Of a stretch of 64,000 nt of DNA, positions 45,496 through 55,495 are shown piece after piece. The DNA is from Clostridium sp. CAG:632. GTDB lineage: Bacteria; Bacillota; Clostridia; Lachnospirales; Lachnospiraceae. Location of the stretch: contig HF991345.1 in the NCBI GenBank assembly GCA_000431515.1, forward strand, positions 4,200-68,199. Reading direction: 5' to 3'. The first letter of the stretch is position 1. The number at the start of each line of letters is the position of its first letter. Both the position numbers and the translations under genes were made by a program. The notes under the pieces are model-generated. The model worked only from the letters and a program-made list of their open reading frames with translations, ran no database searches and was not told where the DNA came from.

Positions 45496-47951
45496 ATTTC
45501 TCATATTCCACGGAATCCGCACCGGTATTAAAGGATCTATCGCTTTCAATCGGTGTGGGTGAGTTTCTGGTGCTATGCGGTGCCTCCGGATGTGGTAAAA
45601 CAACATTGCTGAAGCAACTGAAACCGGAGATCGCTCCTTATGGCATGAGAGCGGGAGAAGTCTATTTCCATGATCATCCGCTATGGCAGATGGATCCTGC
45701 GGAAACAACCGGAATCGGTTATGTGGGACAGAACCCGGAGGATGGCATTGTGACGGATAAGGTCTGGCATGAATTGGCATTTGGTCTGGAAAGTCTGGGG
45801 ATGAAGAACGAGATCATCCGGAAACGCGTGGCGGAGATGAGCCAGTTTTTCGGTATCCAGGGATGGTTCCATCAGGATACGGACAGTCTCTCCGGAGGAC
45901 AGAAACAATTGCTGAATCTTGCATCCGTAATGGTAATGCAGCCGGAGATCCTGTTATTGGATGAGCCGACCGGTCAGATGGATCCGATTGCAGCGACAGA
46001 GTTCCTGACGATCCTTGGGAGAATTCATCGGGAGCTGGGTACAACGATCGTATTGACCGAGCATCGGCTGGAGGAGGTTCTCGGATATTGCACCCGGATG
46101 CTGATCATGGAAGATGGAGGCATACGTCTGGATGGAAGACCGGAAACGGTGGCACAGCAGTTGGGAACAGAGGGTGCGATCTTATACGAGGCAATGCCGG
46201 CGCCGATTCGTCTGTTCCGGGCGCTGGACGGGCAGGGAAGCTGTCCGTTATCGGTAGGAGAAGGGCGGAACTGGTTCGACGAATACTGGAAGAAACATCA
46301 GCCGGAAACCGTAAATTATGCAGTTGACAGAACGCTGCCAAGGGAGTCGGACATAACCGCTCCGGATATTGTAAAGACATCCGTAATACGGATTCAGAAT
46401 CTGTATTTCAGATATGAGAAGCAGGGCAGAGAGATTCTGGAAGATCTGTCATTGGATATTTATAAAGGAGAAATGCTGGCAATCATGGGCGGAAACGGAA
46501 GCGGCAAAACAACGCTCCTATCTCTTTTGACCGGAAACAGACATGCACAGAAGGGGACGATCCGTTATCCGGGAAATGAGAAACCAAAAATGGTCTTGCT
46601 TCCGCAGAATCCGCAGCTTCTTTTTGTAGAGGAAACCGTGGAAAAGGAACTAAAAGACATGCTGGAGCGTGGAAATCCGGAGTCGGAGGACCGGATGCAG
46701 TCGCTGATTCGGTTGTGCAGGCTGGAGGGATTGCTTAAACGTCATCCTTATGATATTTCCGGTGGAGAGCAGCAACGTCTGGCATTGGCAAAGGTGCTGA
46801 TGGCGGAGCCTGAGATTCTGTTGATGGATGAGCCGACCAAAGGACTGGATGCCGGCTTCAAAAAGCTGTTTGCCGGGATTCTGGCAGAGCTGAAGAACAA
46901 AGGATGTACGATCATAATGGTCAGTCATGATGTGGAATTTTGTGCGGAATATGCCGACCGATGTGTGTTAATGTTTGACGGCCGGCTGGTGGCGGATGGT
47001 ACCGCAGGAGAATTCTTTGCCGAGAATCATTTCTATACAACAACCACAAACCGGATGGTCCGCGGACATCTTCCGAATGCGGTTACAGTGGAAGATGTAT
47101 TACGGGTGTTTGGAAGACAGCCGTCCGGTACCGGAAGTCCGGATGAAACCGGAGGACCATCTGCAACGCAGGATACAATACCGGATACAGCACCGAAGCC
47201 GGAGAAAAGAGACGACAGGGAGATACGGTATATGGACTGCAGAAGCGGCTTCGGGTCTGTGAAAGATACGAAGGGAATCTATATAGTATCCAGACTATCG
47301 TTTCTCTTGATTCCGGTCACAATTTATCTTGGTGTGCATATATTTGATGATCAGAAATATCTGTTTATTGCGCTGCTGGTACTGTTAGAGTGTATGATAC
47401 CGTTTTTTGCCGGATTTGAGGGGAGAAAACCACCGGTATCAAAAATAGTTTTGCTGGCAGTATTGTGTGCGATCGGTGTGGCGGGAAGAGTTGCATTTGC
47501 GATGCTTCCGCAGTTTAAGCCCGTAACGGCAGTGACGATCATTGCCGGAGCGGTGTTTGGCGGAGAAGCGGGATTTATGGTAGGAGCACTTACGATGCTA
47601 GTATCCAATATGCTGTTCGGTCAAGGGCCGTGGACACCGTGGCAGATGGCGGCAATGGGCTTGATCGGATTATTGGCCGGAGTTTTGTTTTCTAAAGCTT
47701 CGCGTCCAAACGTGGTATTGCTATGTATCTATGGATTTCTGGCGGCGGTGATCCTCTATGGAGGGATCATGAATCCGGCATCTGCAGTAATGGCGGGAAT
47801 TCCTTTAAATCTATCGGTATTACTGGCTTACTGGGCATCCGGGTTCCCACTGGATCTGGTTCATGGTGTTGCAACGATTCTGTTTCTTGCGATCGGAGCG
47901 GTACCATTGATAAAAAAACTGGAACGTGCGAAGCTGAAGTTCGGGTTGTAG
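45465..47951 (+). CDS. Fused ECF transporter ATPases (EcfA-EcfA' tandem ABC domains) with a C-terminal 6-TM S-component-like membrane domain
   Basis: Two Walker A sites (GASGCGKTT and GGNGSGKTT). Two signatures (LSGGQKQ and ISGGEQQR). The last 250 aa are polytopic membrane. Start set at MEEILRV, 7 nt after GGAGG. The listed ORF start at 45345 overlaps ecfT. Confidence 0.7.
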   Translation: MEEILRVEQLNFSYSTESAPVLKDLSLSIGVGEFLVLCGASGCGKTTLLKQLKPEIAPYGMRAGEVYFHDHPLWQMDPAETTGIGYVGQNPEDGIVTDKVWHELAFGLESLGMKNEIIRKRVAEMSQFFGIQGWFHQDTDSLSGGQKQLLNLASVMVMQPEILLLDEPTGQMDPIAATEFLTILGRIHRELGTTIVLTEHRLEEVLGYCTRMLIMEDGGIRLDGRPETVAQQLGTEGAILYEAMPAPIRLFRALDGQGSCPLSVGEGRNWFDEYWKKHQPETVNYAVDRTLPRESDITAPDIVKTSVIRIQNLYFRYEKQGREILEDLSLDIYKGEMLAIMGGNGSGKTTLLSLLTGNRHAQKGTIRYPGNEKPKMVLLPQNPQLLFVEETVEKELKDMLERGNPESEDRMQSLIRLCRLEGLLKRHPYDISGGEQQRLALAKVLMAEPEILLMDEPTKGLDAGFKKLFAGILAELKNKGCTIIMVSHDVEFCAEYADRCVLMFDGRLVADGTAGEFFAENHFYTTTTNRMVRGHLPNAVTVEDVLRVFGRQPSGTGSPDETGGPSATQDTIPDTAPKPEKRDDREIRYMDCRSGFGSVKDTKGIYIVSRLSFLLIPVTIYLGVHIFDDQKYLFIALLVLLECMIPFFAGFEGRKPPVSKIVLLAVLCAIGVAGRVAFAMLPQFKPVTAVTIIAGAVFGGEAGFMVGALTMLVSNMLFGQGPWTPWQMAAMGLIGLLAGVLFSKASRPNVVLLCIYGFLAAVILYGGIMNPASAVMAGIPLNLSVLLAYWASGFPLDLVHGVATILFLAIGAVPLIKKLERAKLKFGL

Positions 47952-48022
47952 TTCCGGAGGAATTGTTATATTATATAGGGAATACCGACGAAAAACGAGT
48001 TTGAAAGAAGGGGTTTGAACGT

Positions 48023-49222
48023 ATGACAGAGCTGCTGGTGCGTTTATTTGTAAAGAATCGGGAACAGATACAGAATGAAAAAGTGCGGACTTCCTATGGA
48101 AAGATGGCAGGATGGGTAGGCATATTCTGCAATGTGATGCTGTTTGCCGGGAAGATGATCATCGGTCTGATTTCCGGGAGCGTAGCTATCTCAGCAGATG
48201 CCGTCAACAACCTGTCTGACGCATCCTCGAATATTATCAGCCTGCTTGGCTTTAAGATGGGAAGCAAGCCGGCAGATCAGGGGCACCCTTACGGGCATGC
48301 CCGGTATGAGTATCTGTCCGGTCTGTTTGTATCGGTATTGATTCTTGTAATCGGTGTAGAATTATTGCGAACCAGTATTCAGAAGGTACGGAATCCGGAA
48401 CCGGTGGAATTTAACCTGATCATGGGAATTATTCTGGCGACATCGATCCTGGTGAAGCTTTGGATGGCGGTGTTTAACCGGTCCATTGGCAGACGTATTT
48501 CATCAGAAACCCTGATCGCAACCGCAGCGGACAGCCGGAATGATGTGATTACGACACTGGCGGTTCTATGTGCCAGCCTGATTTCTAAGTACAGTAATTG
48601 GAATCTGGATGGCTGGATGGGAATTCTGGTCGCACTGTTTATTCTGTATAGCGGCGTGGGTCTGGTAAAGGATACCTTGGATCCGTTATTGGGCAAGGCT
48701 CCGGATCCGGCACTGGTAGAACGGATCCAGAAGAAAATAATGTCTTATGAGGGAGTGCTTGGAACACATGATCTGATGATACATGACTATGGTCCGGGAC
48801 GGTTGTTTGCCAGTGTTCATGTGGAGATGGCAGCAGAAGAGGATCCATTAAAGAGTCATGATATCATTGATACGATCGAGAGGGATTTCCTCGAGCAGGA
48901 TAATCTGAACATGATCATTCATTACGATCCGATCGTAACTAAGGACGAACAGGTAGGAAATTTAAGAAAATGGCTGAGCAGCCATGTGCAGAAGATAGAT
49001 GAACGGCTGACGATTCATGATCTCCGGATAATCCCGGGTCAGATGCAGACGAAGATGATTTTTGATTGTGTTGTGCCACATGAGTTTTATATGAGTGATG
49101 AGGAGTTAATACAACAGATCCAGGCAATGGTATCGGAAGAATATCCGGGATATCATTGTATGATCACGATCGATAAAGACTTTGCGGCAATGCCACATCA
49201 GAAAGAAGGCGGAGAAGCATGA
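48023..49222 (+). CDS. Cation diffusion facilitator (CDF) family metal efflux transporter
   Basis: 6 TMs with a HxxxD-like site (SADAVNNLSDASS). C-terminal cytoplasmic domain. Confidence 0.85.
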   Translation: MTELLVRLFVKNREQIQNEKVRTSYGKMAGWVGIFCNVMLFAGKMIIGLISGSVAISADAVNNLSDASSNIISLLGFKMGSKPADQGHPYGHARYEYLSGLFVSVLILVIGVELLRTSIQKVRNPEPVEFNLIMGIILATSILVKLWMAVFNRSIGRRISSETLIATAADSRNDVITTLAVLCASLISKYSNWNLDGWMGILVALFILYSGVGLVKDTLDPLLGKAPDPALVERIQKKIMSYEGVLGTHDLMIHDYGPGRLFASVHVEMAAEEDPLKSHDIIDTIERDFLEQDNLNMIIHYDPIVTKDEQVGNLRKWLSSHVQKIDERLTIHDLRIIPGQMQTKMIFDCVVPHEFYMSDEELIQQIQAMVSEEYPGYHCMITIDKDFAAMPHQKEGGEA

Positions 49223-50421
49223 AACTGAGAAAGCCATCTTATTATGACAGGTTTCATTGTATCGGTTCGGCCTGTAGCGATACCTGTTGTGCCAACTGGG
49301 AAATCGAGGTGGATGAGGAGTCGGCCGGACGTTATGCGGCTCTTACGGGTGCAATAGGTGAACGCATGAAGCATAATCTGGTTATTGAAGAGAATGAAGC
49401 CTATTTTGCAATGAATGAGACGCGCAGATGCCCATTTCTGAACCGGGAGAATCTATGCGATCTGATTCTGGAATGCGGTGAAGAGATTCTGTGTGATATC
49501 TGCAGAGAGCATCCAAGGCATTATGAGTGGTTTGGCGATTATACCGAAGTCGGACTGGGGCTCTGTTGCGAAGAAGCGGAGAGGCTGCTGCTTACGCAGG
49601 AAGAACCATTGACATTTCAGGTGGAGGAATCGGAAGGAGAGACTGAGGCTGAGATAGAGGATCAGACAGAAGATCAGTCTTCCTACATTAATCTGTTTTT
49701 AAAAACCAGGGAAACTGCATATTCGATCGTACAGAACCGGGAGATGAAGGTGGAAGACAGGTTGATCCTGCTGCTTCAATACGGAGAAGAATTACAGGAG
49801 AGCCTTGACCTGGATGAGCTGGGTGCTATGGAACGATCTGCGGCGATATATCAGAATCAGGCATCTGCATTGGCTGCGTGGAAACAGATGCTGCGGATAT
49901 GCGGAGAACCGGAGCGGTCAGATGCGGGCATGAAGGCATGGCAGCAGATATTTGAGATTTACAGCGGACTGGAGGCATTGAATCCGGACTGGAAATCACA
50001 GATGGTACAGATTGCAGAGCAGTTACCGACCCTGATGGAGCGAAGAGAGTCATGGAAGAATAGCTATGGACAGGCAGAGCGGGATTACGAGAACCTGACT
50101 GTGTATTTTCTATACCGATATTTCATGGAGGCACTGTTTGATGGAGATATTCTTGGTAAGATCAAGTTTGCAGTGATAAGCATTCTGGTGATTTATGGTA
50201 TGGATCTGATGGCGTATGAGCAGAAAAGGGATGTACCGGGTGAGAATTCCGGAAAACCGGAGCCGGAATTTGAATTGACAGAGCAACTGGCGGTTATTCG
50301 CCGGTATTCTAAGGAAGTGGAGTACTGTACAGAGAATATGGAGCTGCTTTTGAAGGCATGCTGGGAAGAGGAATGCATGAGTACGGAACAGCTGACAGAG
50401 GTACTGAAGCTTCTGATGTGA
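49219..50421 (+). CDS. YkgJ/FliB-family Cys-cluster protein (CxxxCxxCC Zn/Fe-chelating domain, flagellin-lysine-methylase-like)
   Basis: HCIGSACSDTCCANWEIEV motif plus a second Cys cluster. ATGA overlap with the CDF gene. Confidence 0.5.
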   Translation: MKLRKPSYYDRFHCIGSACSDTCCANWEIEVDEESAGRYAALTGAIGERMKHNLVIEENEAYFAMNETRRCPFLNRENLCDLILECGEEILCDICREHPRHYEWFGDYTEVGLGLCCEEAERLLLTQEEPLTFQVEESEGETEAEIEDQTEDQSSYINLFLKTRETAYSIVQNREMKVEDRLILLLQYGEELQESLDLDELGAMERSAAIYQNQASALAAWKQMLRICGEPERSDAGMKAWQQIFEIYSGLEALNPDWKSQMVQIAEQLPTLMERRESWKNSYGQAERDYENLTVYFLYRYFMEALFDGDILGKIKFAVISILVIYGMDLMAYEQKRDVPGENSGKPEPEFELTEQLAVIRRYSKEVEYCTENMELLLKACWEEECMSTEQLTEVLKLLM

Positions 50422-50491
50422 TCCGGGAGATATAAAACAGCGGGAAACACCGGTGGCAGCTGAGAGATGAAGAAGTCGGAAAGGTACAGAT

Positions 50492-51154
50492 ATGCAGGAA
50501 AAGGAAAAGAACAGTACGATATTCTTTGACATGGACGGAACAATCTTAGATACGGAGAAGTATTATCGCCGATATTGGCAGGAGGCAGCCGGAGATTGCG
50601 GATATCTGATGACGGATGAACAGGCACTCTCCATGCGGAGTCTCGGAAGACCATATGGCAGACAGCGGATTCAGGAGCTATTTGGCGACACAGACGCATA
50701 TGACAGGATTCGGAACCGCAGAATGGAACTGATGAATGCGAGACTGGAACGGGATGGAATACCGGTCAAGCCATATGCAAAGGAGGTATTGCAGAAACTG
50801 CAGGCAGCCGGTCACAGGCTGGCAGTTGCAACGGCGACGGATCTTATACGCACGGAAGCGTATCTGCAGCAGACCGGTCTTCGGGATTATTTTGAACGAA
50901 TTATCTGTGCCACAATGGTAGAGCGTGGAAAGCCGGCACCGGATATCTATCTGTATGCCTGCCGGGAGCTTGAAATAGCACCGGAGGAAGCATATGCGGT
51001 AGAGGATTCTCCGAATGGTGTGCAGTCGGCCTATGCAGCCGGATGCAGAGTTATCATGGTCCCCGATCAGACACAGCCGGATGCGGAGCTTAAGAAGCTG
51101 TTGACGGCACAGGTGACAGACCTGCGAGGTTTGACAGATATTTTTAAGGTGTAA
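50492..51154 (+). CDS. HAD-IA hydrolase (beta-phosphoglucomutase/phosphatase-like)
   Basis: FFDMDGTILDTE motif I and later HAD motifs. Confidence 0.75.
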   Translation: MQEKEKNSTIFFDMDGTILDTEKYYRRYWQEAAGDCGYLMTDEQALSMRSLGRPYGRQRIQELFGDTDAYDRIRNRRMELMNARLERDGIPVKPYAKEVLQKLQAAGHRLAVATATDLIRTEAYLQQTGLRDYFERIICATMVERGKPAPDIYLYACRELEIAPEEAYAVEDSPNGVQSAYAAGCRVIMVPDQTQPDAELKKLLTAQVTDLRGLTDIFKV

Positions 51155-51229
51155 AAACTGGTTCATGGTATAAGCTTGTGTTATACTGTAAAAAATAGAA
51201 GCAGATGATACAAGAAAGGGGAACGAAGG

Positions 51230-52657
51230 ATGAAACTGAAAATCGATAATAAGTACATTAAATGGGGACTGACTGCATTTCTGGTAATTGCTGCCGGAAT
51301 CTGTTTTTACTATCTGATATTTCACGCCTACGATATTATGGAAAATATTAAGTCTATTTCCGGTGTGATCACGCCGATTCTTTCCGGACTGGTCATAGCG
51401 TATCTTCTGACTCCGATTTTAAATGAACTTGAAAAGAAGCTACTGACCCCATTATTTGATAAAATGAAGATTAAACCATCACCGAAACGGCAGAAAGCGA
51501 TTCGGGCGATTTCTATTTTCCTGACAGAAGTACTGGTACTTGTACTGATATATGTCCTGGTTGCAATGCTGGTATCGCAGATCGTTCCGAGTATCCGGGC
51601 CATTGTCAGTAATTTTGATGTTTATGTGGCAAATGTTTCTACCTGGCTGAATGATACACTGGAGAATCATCCGGATCTAAAAAATTATGTGATTCCTCAG
51701 GTCGATAAGGCATCGGCAGAGCTTGAAAAATGGCTGGAGGATACCGCAACATTGATTGCCAAATCCAGTGAAATCCTGAAGACAGTTTCTTTAAGTATTA
51801 TCAGTTTTCTGAAAGCAACCTGGAATTTTATTATCGGGTTTATTATTTCTATCTATGTGCTGGCAAGCAAGGAAAAGTTTGCAGACCAGAGCAAGAAGAT
51901 TCTGTATGCAATGTTTCGCAAGAATGCGGCAAACAGTATTCTGAGATCTGCCCGGTTCGTACACCGTACATTTATCGGGTTCATCAGCGGTAAAGTGCTG
52001 GATTCGATTATTATCGGATTGTTGTGCTTTATCGGAACTACGTTTATGGGTACGCCGTATGCGATGCTCGTCAGTGTGATCGTTGGCGTAACGAATGTGA
52101 TTCCGTTCTTTGGACCGTATCTGGGAGCGATTCCGAGTGCTCTGTTAATTCTGATCGTAGATGTGACCCATCCGCTGAATTGTCTGTATTTTGTCATATT
52201 TATATTCCTGTTGCAGCAGTTTGATGGCAATGTACTGGGACCGAAGATTCTCGGAGACTCTACCGGTCTGTCCGGCTTCTGGGTAATCTTTGCAATCACG
52301 CTGTTTGGCGGCCTGTTCGGCATTCCGGGTATGATCATAGGTGTTCCAACCTTTGCGGTTATCTATGCTGCGGTCCGAAAAATCGTAAATTACAATCTGA
52401 ACAAGAAGAATCTGCCGCTTAATTCTACTGCATATAGTGATATGGAATGCATTGACGAAGAGGGGAATTTTCAGCCGCGGGTAGAAGTAGTCATGATTCC
52501 GAAACGGAAAAGCACATATGCCCTGATTCGGGAGAAGCTGGCTGAGAAAAGAGCGACTGAGAAGAAATCAGAAACGAAAATGACAGAGGGAGCGGCAACG
52601 CAGGACGAACAGAAAGCGGATACGGAAGAAAGCAAAGGGAATAAAGAGGAAGAATAA
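51230..52657 (+). CDS. AI-2E family transporter (PerM/YdiK, UPF0118) with an acidic C-terminal tail
   Basis: 8 TMs with the conserved GxxLGPK...GxPG block (QQFDGNVLGPKILGDSTGLSGFWVIFAITLFGGLFGIPGMIIGVP). Confidence 0.8.
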   Translation: MKLKIDNKYIKWGLTAFLVIAAGICFYYLIFHAYDIMENIKSISGVITPILSGLVIAYLLTPILNELEKKLLTPLFDKMKIKPSPKRQKAIRAISIFLTEVLVLVLIYVLVAMLVSQIVPSIRAIVSNFDVYVANVSTWLNDTLENHPDLKNYVIPQVDKASAELEKWLEDTATLIAKSSEILKTVSLSIISFLKATWNFIIGFIISIYVLASKEKFADQSKKILYAMFRKNAANSILRSARFVHRTFIGFISGKVLDSIIIGLLCFIGTTFMGTPYAMLVSVIVGVTNVIPFFGPYLGAIPSALLILIVDVTHPLNCLYFVIFIFLLQQFDGNVLGPKILGDSTGLSGFWVIFAITLFGGLFGIPGMIIGVPTFAVIYAAVRKIVNYNLNKKNLPLNSTAYSDMECIDEEGNFQPRVEVVMIPKRKSTYALIREKLAEKRATEKKSETKMTEGAATQDEQKADTEESKGNKEEE

Positions 52658-52788
52658 GAATAAGACCGTTCGGTCGTGAAATCAGAATTTTTTAAAATAT
52701 AAAAAAAGGACTTGACAGAACCTTACATATGAGCAATAATACATATGAACGAATGAACATATGTCAAAACGTTGAAAGGAGAATCAGG

Positions 52789-53136
52789 ATGGCTGAAGAG
52801 AAAGAACAGAGCCTTGCAGAGTCTGAAATACTGAAGAAGCTGAAGAATAATCCACCGCCGGATGAGATTCTATATGAGCTGGCAGAATTATTTAAGGTAT
52901 TCGGAGATTCTACCAGAATTCGAATTCTGTATGTGCTATTTGAGGATGAATTATGCGTAGGCGACATTGCCGAGCTGCTGAATATGAGTCAGTCATCGGT
53001 CAGTCATCAGTTAAGAATCTTAAAGGATGCAAAGCTGGTGAAGTTTCGCCGGGAAGGCAAAAGTATTTTCTATGCTCTGGATGATGAGCATGTATATCAT
53101 ATCCTTGAGATGGGTATGGAACACGTAGAAGAATAA
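52789..53136 (+). CDS. ArsR/SmtB-family metalloregulator (CadC-like)
   Basis: HTH motif with ELCVGDIAELLNMSQSSVSHQLRIL. Listed ORF start is 52729. I prefer the MAEEKE start at 52789. Confidence 0.8.
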   Translation: MAEEKEQSLAESEILKKLKNNPPPDEILYELAELFKVFGDSTRIRILYVLFEDELCVGDIAELLNMSQSSVSHQLRILKDAKLVKFRREGKSIFYALDDEHVYHILEMGMEHVEE

Positions 53137-53165
53137 AATGGAAAATGGAAAAGGAGATCAAAACT

Positions 53166-53384
53166 ATGAAGAAGACTTATAAGATAGAAGTGGATTGTGC
53201 AAACTGTGCATTAAAGATGGAAGATGCAACCAAGGCAGTAGCCGGTGTAGCAGATGCAACCGTAAGCTTTATGACTCAGAAGATGAAGGTAGAGTTTCAG
53301 GATGGCGCAGATGAGGCTGCAGTTATGCAGGAAGTAACAAAGGCATGCAAGAAGGTAGAGCCTGACTGCGAAGTGTTTTTATAA
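53166..53384 (+). CDS. Heavy-metal-associated (HMA) domain metallochaperone
   Basis: VDCANCA metal-binding loop in a ferredoxin-like 72-aa protein. RBS AAGGAG 9 nt upstream. Confidence 0.65.
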   Translation: MKKTYKIEVDCANCALKMEDATKAVAGVADATVSFMTQKMKVEFQDGADEAAVMQEVTKACKKVEPDCEVFL

Positions 53385-53425
53385 AGACATTCAGGTGAAC
53401 AGGTGATATACCGGGAGGCGAGTAT

Positions 53426-55347
53426 ATGACAAAAAAACAGAAGAAAGTATTGTATCGTATTATCATATCGGCCGTTCTTCTGGCAGCACTCATGATCATT
53501 ACACATTTCATAGAAATGAATGTATGGCTGCAGCTGGTATTATATCTGATTCCGTATGGAATTATCGGATATGATATTTTACGGAAGGCCGGACTTGGTA
53601 TTTACCATAAGGAGGTATTTGATGAGAACTTCCTGATGGCGGTAGCAACTATTGGTGCTATGGCTCTTGGCGTTGCTAAGGGTGGCGATTTTGCAGAGGG
53701 CGTAGCCGTTATGTTGTTCTATCAGATTGGAGAATTATTCCAGTCTTATGCAGTGGGTAAGAGCCGAAAGAGTATTACGGAGCTGATGGATATTCGCCCG
53801 GATTTTGCAAACATTGAAGGCGAAAATGGTCTGGAACAGGTAGATCCGGAGGACGTTGCAATCGGTACCGTGATCGTTGTACAGCCGGGAGAACGGGTTC
53901 CGATCGATGGCAGAATCGTAGAAGGAACCACGACATTGAATACCAGTGCATTAACCGGTGAGAGCCTTCCGCGGAACGGCAAGGTCGGTGATGAGGTGAT
54001 CAGCGGCTGTGTGAATATCAGTGGTCTGATCAAGGTGGAGACGACAAAGGAATTCGGCGATTCTACCGTAGCTAAGATATTAGATCTGGTAGAGAATTCC
54101 AGCATGAAGAAATCACGGTCCGAGAATTTTATTACCAGGTTTGCAAAGGTTTATACTCCGGTAGTCTGCTACAGTGCATTGGCATTGGCAGTATTACCGC
54201 CACTTATAAATCTTCTGATCCTGAAGAATCCGGCGAACTGGGGAATCTGGGTATTCCGTGCCCTGACATTCCTGGTTATCAGCTGCCCATGCGCACTGGT
54301 AATCTCCGTACCGCTTAGTTTCTTTGGCGGGATCGGCGGAGCTTCCGCAAGAGGTGTGCTGGTAAAGGGCTCCAGTTATCTGGAAATCCTGTCCAAGGTT
54401 AAGTATATGGTCTTTGATAAGACCGGTACGCTGACAAAGGGTGTGTTCCAGGTGACGCAGATCCATCCTGTCGGGCAGGGGAAGGAAGAGGAGCTGCTTT
54501 CTTATGCGGCACATGCGGAAAGCTATTCCAACCATCCGATCAGCCGGAGCTTAAAGGAAGCATATGGAAAGGAAATCAACAGCCAGTCGGGAAGAAACCC
54601 CCCAGCCAGTCGGTTACCGATGTTGAGGAGATTGGCGGACACGGTGTCAAGGCCAAGGTCAATGGTAAGGTGGTAGCAGCCGGTAATCAGAAGCTGATGA
54701 AGCAGCTGAGCTTAGATGTACCGGAACCGGAAGCGGTCGGAACGATTGTTCATGTAGCGGTGGATGGTGTCTATGCCGGATACATTCTGATCAATGATGT
54801 GATCAAAGAGCATTCCAAGGAAGCAATTACAGGCCTGAAGGAAGCAGGTATCAGGAAGACGATCATGCTGACCGGTGACGGACATAAGGTAGCAGATGCC
54901 GTTGCAAAGGAGCTTGGTCTGGATGAGGTATACAGTGAATTACTTCCCGCAGATAAGGTGGATCGTGTAGAGGCCTTGATTGCGGAAAAGGGCGAGAACG
55001 AGAAGCTGGCATTTGTCGGTGATGGTATCAATGATGCACCGGTTTTATCAAGAGCGGACATTGGAATTGCCATGGGTGCACTTGGTTCTGATGCGGCGAT
55101 CGAAGCGGCAGATATTGTCCTGATGGATGATGATCCGGAGAAGATCGCACTCGCCATGAAGATCTCCAGAAAGACACTGCGGATCGTATATCAGAATATC
55201 GTATTTGCCCTGATCGTAAAGGCAGCCTGTCTGTTACTCAGTCCGTTTGGTCTGATCAATATGTGGATCGCAATCTTTGCAGATGTAGGTGTTATGGTAC
55301 TGGCAGTCTTAAATGCAACCCGTGCACTCCGGACGAAAGGTCTGTAA
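53426..55347 (+). pseudogene. Cd/Zn/Pb-type P1B heavy-metal-translocating ATPase (CadA/ZntA-like) split by a frameshift near 54591-54613
   Basis: CPC transmembrane motif, DKTGTLT phosphorylation site and the GDGINDAP hinge are spread over two adjacent ORFs in different frames. A 23-bp segment flanked by the direct repeat CAGCCAGTCGG accounts for the shift. Confidence 0.7.
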
Positions 55348-55386
55348 CCGGAATCTGTTGCAGTACAAATAAATAAGAATGAGGAT

Positions 55387-55434
55387 TCCCCTTAGACGGA
55401 TATGAGAAATGTCTGTTTAAGGGGAAATTTTTTT
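55387..55434 (+). terminator. Rho-independent terminator after the P-type ATPase
   Basis: Stem tcccctta/taagggga with an inner hairpin, followed by AATTTTTTT. Confidence 0.55.
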
Positions 55435-55443
55435 AAATACTGC

Positions 55444-55474
55444 TTGACACATAATACTATGCGATATATAGTAT
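55444..55474 (+). promoter_or_regulatory. PadR operon promoter with an overlapping palindromic operator
   Basis: TTGACA at 55444-55449, a 17-nt spacer, then TATAGT at 55467-55472. Inverted repeat ATACTAT-N7-ATAGTAT at 55454-55474. Confidence 0.55.
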
Positions 55475-55495
55475 TGCGCATAAGGAGGTATCAGA

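Noticed and set aside
52729-52790. Paired CATATG hexamers (ACATATGaacgaatgaACATATGt) upstream of the ArsR-family gene, considered as a 12-2-12 operator
   Set aside because: The two copies are not a true inverted repeat beyond the self-palindromic hexamers. It may still be an operator but is too weak to call.
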